Shown here piece by piece: positions 24,256-36,200 of a stretch of DNA of 64,000 nt. The position numbers and the translations under genes are program-made. The stretch's first letter is position 1; every line of letters starts with the position of its first letter. The stretch is taken from assembly GCA_000934665.2 (NCBI GenBank), contig KZ538443.1, positions 1 to 64,000 on the forward strand, written 5' to 3'. The notes beneath the pieces were generated by a model that worked only from the letters and a program-made list of their open reading frames with translations, had not been told where the DNA came from and did not search any database. Source of the DNA: Catajapyx aquilonaris (lineage: Eukaryota).

Positions 24256-27200
24256 CCTGGGGTAGTTCTTGACCATACGGTATGCAGCACGGACCTTTAT
24301 TGTGTCGTCGTACATTTTTGGAACCTTTTTGTGAAGCGCCTGGGCCCACGGGCAGGATGACAGAAGAGGATGTGCAAGGTCCAGTGCAATGTCGTTGCTG
24401 TGGTCATTTTGTGAACTCCCCCGGGTGATTTGTCTTAACGGAAATACCACCCGAGACGAAGCCAGAGATGACCCCGAACTATGCACGAGATGAAGGGGCT
24501 AACCCTGGGCTGGGATCGTACCTGGGACCTTAACATCCGTGGGCGCATACATTACCGCAGTGCCACTCCGCCTCCCTACACTGCAACATAAGCTAGTGCA
24601 TATCCACCATCTCGCCCCAAGTAAACTTTGCATACTTGGCTGGCACCTCTGTAACAACTGAATACCAGTGTCATCACAGAAAGTAAAACACTAGTCGTCA
24701 TGTATGTAGGCCAGTAGTGACTGTCAAATGTGCAGCTGACTGACACACCATAAATATCACATGAGATTATATGCCCATGAGCTAATTTCTTCCTCCCCCC
24801 CCCCCCCTCCCCAAAAAAGTAGTACTTGTACAGTACCTCTTAGAGAATTTTTGCTTTTGATATCAGTTAAGAAATAAAGTGGAAAATTTTTCTATTAACT
24901 GATATGAGTTGAAATTCTCTACACATTTAGTCCAGGTGCTAAAGGGACAAATTTGGCCCAAACTTTGCATTTTGTGACAAAAGTATGAAACTCGGTACAC
25001 TTGTTCTTTGGACACTTCTGATCATATCTGGATGTGGGGCCACGATGACCCACTCCGGTGGAGGTCCATTGCGCAGCGTTGCCATAACTACCAGATGCAG
25101 CATCCTTTAGGACCTTGTATTCGGTGACAAAAACATGAAACTCGCCACAATTGGTCTTTGGACACTTCTGAACATGTTTGGATGTGGGGCCATGATGACT
25201 GACCCCACTGTGGGTCACTCGCAGGGTTGCCAGATCTAACGGACCCAACGGGCTTCTCTGCATAGACCAGCAGTTCTCAACCTTTGCCACATCGGCCTCC
25301 CCTGGAAAGTACCCCCCCCCCCCCTCCTCCCCATCTAGGCACTAAGACTACTTCACTACTAGTAAGTAGTCCAGTAAGTAGTTTAGGAATGTACAGACGT
25401 ACCAGAGCTTATTCTAATGAATTTTTAGAACCGGATAAAGGCATGTTCAACTTGTTGTAATAGGGCAAATGAGAAAAGTGCCAGTAAGCCCGCCGCATGC
25501 GAAAAGGTTTTTTTTTGTTCAAGGTCACACAAGCTTAGGGGAATGTAACTGACAAAGTGCAGTGGAATCCTCCTATACTGTAGGCACATCAGATATAAGC
25601 AAGTAGAAAGATCGGTCCCTTCATATAATTTCCAGTTCCAGCAGTGCCAATGTACAAGTGCAGTTGAATCCGGATATAACAGACTTGTCTGCTATTATCT
25701 GACTGCACAAATCCTTATTCAGAACTGCACATTTGGCTTTTAGAACTGCACAAATTGTGTAGAACTGCACGCTACAGTAAGCCCTGAGAAGTAGTTCTTA
25801 CCTCATCAGTGCGACTTTTGTGCCTGTTTCGAGTCACATAATTTTTGGAATCGCATCGCGCCACGCCTTCGCGCCCCCCTGGGGGGCGGCCCCACCAGTT
25901 GAGAACTGCTGGCATAGACCATGTGAATAGGGAGCTTGCATTCGGTGATAAAGACGTTAAACTCGATACAATATAGTTCTTTGCACACTTCCGAACATAT
26001 ATATCTGGATGTGGGGCCACGATGACCCACCCAGATGGAGGGCACTCTCGTGGGGTTGCCATATCTAACAGAATGTGTGTTTATATTTGAATAGGGAGCT
26101 TGCATTCGGTGATAGAGATGTGAAACTCGGTACAATTGTTCTTTGAACACTTCCAAACATATCTGGACGTGGGGCCGCCTTCGCTGGATACCACTATCGC
26201 TATTTGCATTATGTTGTACACTCTGTTAGATATGGCAACCCAGCGAGAGTGCCCTCCATCGGGGTGGGTCATTGTGGCCCCACGTCCAGATATGTTCGGA
26301 AGTGTTCAAAGAACAATTGTACCTAGTTTCACGTCTTTGTCACCAAATACAAGTTCCCTATTCAAGCATAAACACATGTTGTACAGTCTGTTAGATATGG
26401 CAGCACCATGATAGTGTCCTCCACCAAGGTGGGTCATCGTGGCCCCACATCCAGATATGATCAGAAGTGTCCAAAAAAGAAGCGTACCAAGTTTCATACT
26501 TTTGTCACAAAATGCAAAGTTGAACCCCTTAGCACCCGGACTAATTGAAGAAAATTGTGACATTTGTTGGTAACAGTGCAAATAGGAATTAAACTTCTGA
26601 TATTAATGTATTAAGGGCCATATTTTCAACGTCCTAGCAAAAATGGGCGTTCCGGTTCCAGGTTGCTGCTGGAACTGCTAGAGGTAGCAGGAACGCGATT
26701 TTGACCGTATTTCTCGCACCCTACGAACCCCTAGCAAGGGTCAGGCTCCTCCACCCAGCCAATGGGGACAATGCAGACAAATTTTCAAAATTCCCCACGG
26801 TAGGAGGAGCTACGAGATCCCTGCAGCCTTCACTCTTTCAGTCTCTCTCTGACCGTCACCCAGTGCTCCTCTGTCCCCATCTCCTTCGTTCACTCAGTGA
26901 ACGCCACATCCCCCTCCTCTGCAGTACACTGTACTCCCGATTATCCGTGCTAATTAATGCACCTGTATGCCCAGAAAATGGGAAAACATGGATAACCTGA
27001 AAATGGTTCTATATACCGTAAAAAAATGAGCTATTCGGGTGTTTGACGTCACAGGCGCCCTCGCTCTGCCCCATCGCAGCTTACCAGGACGTTGAAAATA
27101 TGGCCCTAAGATTTTAACCACATATTAACATTATTTTCACTGCATATTGGAGTTCTCCAAATTACTAACTTGTAAGTACAGGGTAAAAGTTGCACAGAGA

Positions 27201-30200
27201 CGCACAATAATAAATTCATGTAAATAATAAAGATTTCAGTATGTAGACCTATGCAATTTTTTAAAATGCATCTGAAATTTTATCATTCCAATATCTTCAG
27301 AACTGTGGACCAGATGGTCGAAACAATTGGGCAGCAAGTTCAGGTACTGAATACTCTGCAAGAAGCAATTACAGCTAAAGGGAACAAACAACTCGAGGAG
27401 CGGGAGGCCTCTTTAAAAACAAAGGAGCAGGAAATTCAAGGTAGAAACTCAGGTTCTATAGTTACACTTTTATCATGAGTGATCTAATGGACTACTCTCC
27501 CATGGGTAGGATCTCTACAATACTTACAGGGGCAGCAGCAACTGCTAGATAAGGAAAAACGGCATTTAGAAGAATGGGAATCACACCTTAAAGCAGATGA
27601 GAAGCATATTTGGGGAGTAAAAGAATCTCTGGAAGTTGAAAAAATTAAGATGAGAAGGGAGCAGCAGCAATTGAACTCTGAGAAAATTAAAAGGCAAATG
27701 GAAATTAGACTGCTGACCCAGGATCCCACTCTAAAAAATCCTGCTGCTTATGCTGAGGTGAGATAAACTCCTCAGTATGTTAACCTATCCTAGTTGCAGT
27801 TTATGATAATTGCATTTGATTGAGAGATTGTCCATAAGCAGTCATGAAATGGGGAAACACAGTTATTCACATGTACAATATTCTGGAATGGCCTGTTGAA
27901 ACTGTGATGCCCTTTTTTTGTTTGTCAAAATATCTTCGAAAACTGATTTATAGTCTTGCTCTTTCGTGCATCAGTGTTTATAGATTGCTGGCACACTTCA
28001 GTTCAACAAAATAATGTTTAGATTATTATTTTGCAAAAGAAATAGCAATTTATGTGAAACAATAACCCATTTGTTCCCAGCGTCCTATACTACAGGGTGG
28101 TCGGAAAGTAACACCCTATTAGAAACATGTAAAGACTGTGCCAAATATTGCTAAATTTTCATCAAACAAGTTTTATTTTGTTACTTGCAATGGGAGAATT
28201 AAAACGGCTGCCCACCAGATGGGAGGATCAGTCATGCAAGCAGTCAAAATGGCACATCGCCTTAGTGTGCGTGGGAGTTGCTCTCACCACTTCTTGGCCC
28301 CTTCCTCCTTCGAAATGCGATGAATGGAGAGCTGTATCTTTCCATGCTGCTAAGTCAGGTATGGCTGATCATCTTCACACAATGGGATAACCTTCAACCA
28401 TATCTCCATGCAAAATGATGCACCCTCATATTTTGTATTGACTGTCCATGCATGGCTGGATAAGCAATTGACAGGTTATAGGGTGGTGTACAGAATAATG
28501 GCCAGCAAAAAGTCCTGACCTTACCCACTACGACTTTTTCTGGTGAGTTTGGGCAAAGGAGGACGTGCACCACACCAAACCACAAAATTAGGATCAACTT
28601 GAGAAGAGCATGCGAGATGTGCTGGGCAAAGTACTGCAGGATTACATGCATACAACCAGCATACAACCCTATTGCAAAAGTTTTGGGCTCCCTGCAATTT
28701 CCATTGAAGGGTGATAAAAAATCGAGCATAAAAGGAGAGTGAAGCTTGAGTGGAATATATTTTTATTTAAAATTTTTATCTTTTGAGAAATTTACACAAT
28801 GACTTTCGTGGACTGTTTCACAAGTATATGGCTCCGCGCGGACCGCTTCAAAACAGGGAAAGACTAACCCTTACTGGCATGCTGGACGCGGCAGGGGGAG
28901 TGGTGGCTGGGGGCAGCTTGGCTATGTCGCAAAGGCAGATTGATTTTTTGGATTTTGGAAGGGGTATGCTGTACCAAGCTAACCTAACCTAACCTACCCT
29001 TCCTTCCTTGCGGATACAGACCTATCTTAGCGACACAGCCTGCTGCCCCCATGACTACTACCCTCCTGCCTCCCGCACGCCAGTAAGAGCAAGTACAACC
29101 CAAAACAGTTGATACAGGTCCATTTAAAACCGCGTTGCGTCACCCTTCGCAGCAATAACTGCTTCAATGCGGGCAGGCATGGACGCCAGCAGCTCTGCAT
29201 ACAATTCAGGGGAAATACTGTCCCAAGCCTCTGTGATACATTTTCTTAATGACTCCATGTTTCGTGGACGGAGGTGCCCCAGTCTTTTCTTCATAATCGA
29301 CCATACACTTTCGATTGGGTTTAAATCGGGGCTGTTGGGAGGCCACATCGGCAGTACAGGAATTTCATGCTGCTCCAGCCACCGTTTCCTGGACCTCGGT
29401 TCCCAATACACCCGCAAATCATCAAGCTGGCAGGGAACTTTACAGCTTGGGCCAAGCAGTCAGGATGAAATTCTTCGCCACGTTTGTGAATAACTCGCAT
29501 TCGGGTTTCACCGATGGACAGCTCGAACTTTGACTCATCGCTGATCACCACACTGTCCCATTGACGCTGGACCCAGTTTCAATGCTCCAGAGCCCACACC
29601 AAACCGTTTCTTCTTCTGAACTGGCATCAAGAATGGTTTCTTCTTAGCTTTTGATTGCAAGAAAATGAGGGTTTACAACAAGAACAAACTTCATGGCCAA
29701 TTTTACGTACCTTTCCGAAATCGTAACCCAGCGTATGGATCCGGACAATGCACGTCGACTTTGATGCCAACTTTCCAGTTCTTGCTGACCACTCACTGTT
29801 CACTTCTGCTGCTGTCATGCGCCTGTTTCTCAGGATCACCCTACGCAGAATGTGTAGGTGTGCAGCTGTGGTCTTGCTGGGGCGCCCTGATCAGGGTTTT
29901 GACTTGCTGGAGACTGTCTTTTTGTAATGACGAATGATGTTACCAACTGTTGACCTAGCCAGGGACAGATTTCTGGCTATCACATGGCCCGGGGTTCCTT
30001 TTTTGTGAACTGAGTGCGCCTCAATAATATTTTGTCTCAGGGCTTGGTGTACCTCCTTCCCCCGCCCCATACTGGAGGCCCAGGCTTCTACTGATTAGGG
30101 GCCCCTTTATATACCCAGGCACTGGACTAGTTGATGCAATATGACTTGTGAATTATGTTTCATTTCACAAACCAGACGGTACATTGAGACCTGGACCAAC

Positions 30201-33200
30201 TCTTTTGACATGCACCGTGGGGATCCTTATACTTTTGAAGCCAGCCGCCAGAGGTAATGTGTAAATATCTCCATGGATAAAAATCCAAATTGAAATATGT
30301 TCCACGCATGCTTCTCTTGATTGTACCATGTACTATTTCCGTAAAATGCGCCACTCCAGCTTCACTCGCACTTCTTTTATGCTCGATTTTGTATCTCCCC
30401 TCCATGGAAATTGCAGGGAGCCCAAAACTTTTGCAATAGGGTTGTATAAGTATGTCGCGGGCATACTGAATCGCCAACAGAAATTGACGGAAAACTCTGG
30501 TTCCTCTGTGTAATTTTAAGTTTGCAGACAAATTCTACCATTTTAATTTACACAGCAAAACTAATTTCATGACAATTGAGCAATATTTGGCAAAGTTATT
30601 ACATGTTTCTAATAGGGAGTAACTTTCAGCCCAAATGCATATCAGTCTGTCACAGGCATCCCGAATCGCCAGCAGAAATTGAAGGGAAACTCTGGTTCCT
30701 ATGTGAAATTTTAAGCTCGCAGCCAAATTCTCCCATTGCAAGTTACAAAATAAAACTTGTTTCATGACAATTGAGCAATATTGGACAAAGTTATGACATG
30801 TTTCAAATAGGAAGTAACTTTCTGACCACCCTGTATATAGGAAAGTTGGGAAAAAAATTATTTCTTGAAGTTGTGCATATAAATCACAGAATAAGCAAGC
30901 TGAACCACTTCATGAAAGTCTAATCTAGTGGGAGAATGCCGATACATCACATTTCAGTAATTGCATCAGCCCCAATATGTTGCATTGCACTTTGAAGAAG
31001 GGGCAATTGTATAATAGGCAGTGGTGGATCTAGACGTCGTTGTTGGGGGGGGGGGGNNNNNNNNNNNNNNNNNNNNNNNNNNNNNNNNNNNNNNNNNNNN
31101 NNNNNNNNNNNNNNNNNNNNNNNNNNNNNNNNNNNNNNNNNNNNNNNCCCCCCCCCCCCATAGATCCGCCACTGATAATAAGTGGTGCAAATTGAATTCT
31201 TTATTGCAGTTGCATAATGAACAGTAGTCGATCATCCTTGGACCATTGTAACTTGTATCCGTTATAATGTATGTATGGGGTCCCAATTTGTATTGAACAG
31301 ATTAATCTAGTCAACTGTAGCGGCTGGTCCCCTGCCAGGTATTTTTGGCCTCTAAAAGAAGGTTGAAGTCCTGATAGTGAGCGTGACGAGTTGAGAGCAT
31401 TAGGCTCGTCAAGTCTTCTTGTATTGTATTGTCTGTTAATTTTATCAATACAGAGTGTTTCAACTTTTTGTCTGAACAGTTATAATATTGCACTAAGCTG
31501 CTACTTTGTAAGCAGTGTATGCCACTTCAACCTAAGATTCACAGGGAATATTCCCCATTCCTCCGACAAACCAGTTGCAAGTCGCTGCTTACAAAGTAGC
31601 AGCTTATAGTGCAATATTTCTGATAAATATTCAGACAAAATAGTTGAGACACACTGTATATCATTACATACTCTCCTATCTTGTTGTGAATAGGCTCAGT
31701 ATTCCCATGATATGCCTGCCTTCGGCTTGCCCAGGGTACTATATACGTCATATTGTTTCATACCCCCCGCAAACGAGCTTTATCCTGGCTATCCTAAGCA
31801 ACCCACACGGCATGATAACAGAACCGAGTCAGCGGCAACAGGGTTTGGGGGGTTGGGCTGGCTACGGAACCAGGTGGGGGTCGCTGGGCTGACCTTGCGT
31901 ACCCCGTAAGCGATAAAGCTTCTTTTTTTGACATTTTTTGACTTGCCCATGCCGGGGGGAAAATAACCATCGTGTCCACTAAATGCGCGCATACGAGCTT
32001 GATGGCTACATTCTGCATATAATCAGATATCATTGAACTTAGGGAGCATTATGTTTACTTTTGTGTGCTGATTGTGTGCTGCTGCAATTATTAACTAATT
32101 GATGCATTTCAAAGAAGTGTGGGAAGGGGGGGAGTCATTTGAATGATAAGAACCCATCAAACAAGAGCGAATGCCAGCAAAGGCTGGATGCCTCAGGGGT
32201 TCGAAGCCCGTCTGGAGCCACAGCTGGATTATTTTTAATTGTTTTCTTCTGTTAATATTTTTTCCCCCCGGAATTGTCCTCAAATGATAATTTTACAGAT
32301 CCCCTGTCTAAAACTATATATTGGCCCGGAAATATCCCCCGGACGTAATTATTCGTCCCTGGACCATCCCTTAAACCCGCGCGAATTTTGTCGGTGTGGA
32401 TACGGGATTTTTCGGCATAAACGAACAAGATATTGAGTACCCATTCCATGGTTCCATGATGGTGCAATTCTATAGGTCTGACACGATACTTCTGAGGAAG
32501 TAAAATGAAGACTGGGATGCCCACACACAATAAAAGCTGACAGTAAGCAGCAGGGCAAGACACTCTCAAATACTATATACACTAGGACGTGTCTGTAAGA
32601 TGCCAACAAAATTCGTGCTAACGAAGGCAATGTTATAGCATTTACTTTGGGATGCAATCTGCTTCCCTCTCTCTCGGGACACCGGAAGCAGCACATGAAG
32701 CAATGAAACCATCAGGAAATAAGTTGAAGGCAATGAATGAAGAACATCATCTTATATAGCTTCAATTTGTCTTTTTACTAAGCTATGTTGCTTGAACGAT
32801 TTTGCAATGTGACAAAAATGTCAGTACAGCTGCAAAGGAAGATTCCGGAAAGATGTGGTAGTGATCATGGTTTCGGACTGCCGTAGTTCCAATGTTGAAA
32901 AAAACGACTGTCGCAATGCAAGAGTCAAATATCTCTTCCAGTTCTTATTTACAATATTACATTGCGAAGAGCCATGCCTAAAAATGTCGGCAACGATCAA
33001 CAGTTACAACAATATTTCTCCCCCTGCATCGTCTCTTCTATCTTACCTCCCACCCCTGAGGCATCCAGCCTTTGCTGGCATTCGCTCTTGTTTGATGGGT
33101 TCTTATCATTCAAATGACTCCCCCCCTTGCCCCTTCCCACACTCCTTTTAAATGCATCAATTAGTTAATAATTGCAGCAGCACACAATCAGCACACAAAA

Positions 33201-36200
33201 GCAAACATAATGCTCCCTAAGTTCAATGATATCTGATTATATGCAGAATGTAGCCATCAAGCTCGTATGCGCGCATTTAGTGGACACGATGGTTATTTTC
33301 CCCCCGGCATGGGCAAGTCAAAAAATGTCAAAAAAAGAAGCTTTATCGCTTACGGGGTACGCAAGGTCAGCCCAGCGACCCCCACCTGGTTCCGTAGCCA
33401 GCCGAACCCCCCAAACCCTGTTGCCTCTGACTCGGTTCTGTTATCATGCCGTGTGGGTTGCTTAGGATAGCCAGGATAAAGCTCGTTTGCGGGGGGTATG
33501 AAACAATATGACGTATATAGTACATACAGGAGGGTGATCCTCCAGATTGATCAAACTGAAAGCCTTATACATAAAGATTTGATAGGGCAAATAATGGAAA
33601 CAGGGTTTTTTGAGGAGGAAAGAAACTGACAAAAGTCCTTGTTAAACTTTTGGGGGATTTAGGCTCAATCAGAAGTCGAGCTCATGCTGGAATTTTTGAA
33701 GAAAGAAAGGGAAAAGATGAAATTGGAGAAAGAGCAAATGGGAAAAGAACGCAAGGAACTAGAATTGGAGAAGTGCCAAATGGAAGATATAAAAGTCGAG
33801 CTGGAGGCCCAAAAGAAATTGCTGGACAGGGGCAATAAAGATCTTAATAAGAAAATGAAAGAAGTTACCAAGATGATGGAGGTATGGATTTCTGGCATAT
33901 ACCAGAATTTCATCTGTGATCATGAAATCATCGTTAATCTGACAAAAGGACGAATTCGACATTTTTGCTAAAATTGGATTATGGCCTCTGCCAGCACCAT
34001 CAAGTGTTGGGTTACATTGTGACAAAACAGCAAACCCATGGGACAAGTGGCGTCGGAGTTAGAACAGAAAATCAAAACACAATCCTATGTATTTGTATAG
34101 TGGTTTGCGGGAGACGGAGTGGCGCCGCGGTAACGTGCGCGCCCACGGATGTTAGGGTCCCGGGTTCGATCCCAGCCCGGGGACACCCCCTTCATCTCGT
34201 GCAGAGTTCAGGGTCACCTCTGGCTTCGTCTCGGGTGGTATTTCCTACAGACTAAACCCTTGACTAAACCACCCGGGGGAGTTCACTAAAAATGGCCACC
34301 GCGTCAGATGCACTGCACTTTGCACATCCCCTCCTGTCATCCTGCCCGTGGGCCCGGGCGCTTCAAAAATAGGATTCCCAAAAATTGTACCATCGAAATA
34401 AAGGTCTGGCAGAAGGCCCCTCTGGGGCTAGCGGAATACCCAATCAATTATTATTATAGTGGTTTGCAGGTTTCTTTTGGCTCTCCTGTAAAATTATGAA
34501 AATGATGAATTCGTCCTTTTGTCAGATCAACGATGAAATATCCAATGTCTTTAAATTAAAATATCAGTTCACACTTTAAGCTGCAATGGAATTTATGATC
34601 TTAGTACCTTATGTACTAAAGTATTGAAAATAAGTTTAAAGTGCACCCTGAATGTGTACAGTATTTTCTGAATGGAATTATCCAGAATGGAAACATTGTA
34701 GAGTAAGTAAAATGAAATGAAGTAATAATGCACTTACTCTATTTACAGGAAGCTTCAGCATCAAAAGAAGCAGGATCACATGCACTAAAGGAGGCCTGTC
34801 GCCTTGAACAAGAGCATAACTTGAGGCAATCGGAATTGCAATCCCTTATATTGGAAGTGAATGCCAAAGAGTGCTCCTTACGCAAGGTCAGTTGTACTGG
34901 ACATGCATTTTAAAATACAGATTGTATTATTTGAGGCCCTTAGAACAAAAGTGGCCCAAGTCCAAAAAAATAATGCTACAAAAATTGACCTGAAATGCCC
35001 CATGGCGGAGGCAATTCTCCTTGGAGCATAAATATGTTTACTCCATCTACTGGCCAAATGTCCAAATTAGGACATACACCAACTTTGGACCAACTTGGAG
35101 TAGTCTTCTGAGCGTGATGGCTGTTGTTTCTCGGCAGTGGCAAAAATGGACTTGGGCCACTTTTGTTCTAAGCGCCTCATTTACATGTAGCATGAGCTTC
35201 AATTTGCAAACTGGTATATTTTCACATGGTGGTCTCCAATCAGGGTTGTGAACCGAACCGAACCCTTGCTCCGTGAACCCGATAACATCGAACCCGCTCC
35301 GGAGCAGTAGAGTCGGAGTCCGGAGCGAGCGCCGGAACGGGGACGGGTTCAAGGCGGTTCAGGGGAAGAGTGGAGCCAAGGTCGGAGCGGGTTTGGAGCG
35401 AACGGCTCCGGAGTTGAACCCAGTTCAAGAGCGGGTTTGGAGCAGGTTCGGGAGCGGGTTCGGAAGCGGTTTCGGAGCGGTTCAAAGCTTGGTTAGGTAC
35501 AACATACCAACCCAACAGGAGGAAAGGAAGTAAAACCGCTGGATTTACTCCAGAGTATGCATCATGTTTTCATGGTGGGAGAATGACATTTCCAAGCACC
35601 CGCGATACAGGGTGTACCGCAAATGTCACATTTTCATGTCATGCGCATTTTTGTACGTTACAATATGTCATGCGCATTTTTGTACATTACAATATGTCAT
35701 CCGCATTTTTGTATGCAACAATATGTCATAGGCATTTTTGTATGCCACAATATCTCATACCCATTTTTTGGATGTCACATTTACATGTCATACCAAGAGC
35801 TAATGGTCATATGCATTTGTTGGATGTCACATTCTCATGTCATACGCATTTTTTGTATGTTACAATAATATGATATTGTAACATACAAAAATGCGTATGA
35901 CATATTGTAACGTACAAAAATGCGCATGATATGAAAATGTGACATTTGCGGTACACCCTGCTTGGAAATGTCATTCTCCCACCATGAAAACATGATGCAT
36001 ACTCTGGAGTAAATCCAGCGGTTTTACTTCCTTTCCCCCTGTTGGGTTGGTATGTTGTACCTAACCAAGCTTTGAACCGCTCCGAACCCGCTCCGAACCC
36101 GCTCTTGAACCCGCTCTTGAACCGGATTCAACTCCGGAGCCGTTCGCTCCGAACCCACTCCGACCTTGGCTCCACTCTTCCCCTGAACCGGCTTGAACCT

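Larger units (their letters stand above)
28093..30833. mobile_element. Outer degenerate Tc1/mariner element
   Basis: TA-CAGGGTGGTC(G/A)GAAAGT ends; WPAKSPDLTHYDFFW remnant near 28499. Confidence 0.75.

Noticed and set aside
23928..24486. Poly-L/I/Y ORFs
   Set aside because: Translations of the (TAA)n tail of a SINE
28979..28996. (CCTAA)n as an interstitial telomere
   Set aside because: Only three to four units, inside a MITE
31789..33470. Duplicated 67-aa and 79-aa ORFs as a gene pair
   Set aside because: Mirror images produced by the inverted arms; no coding features
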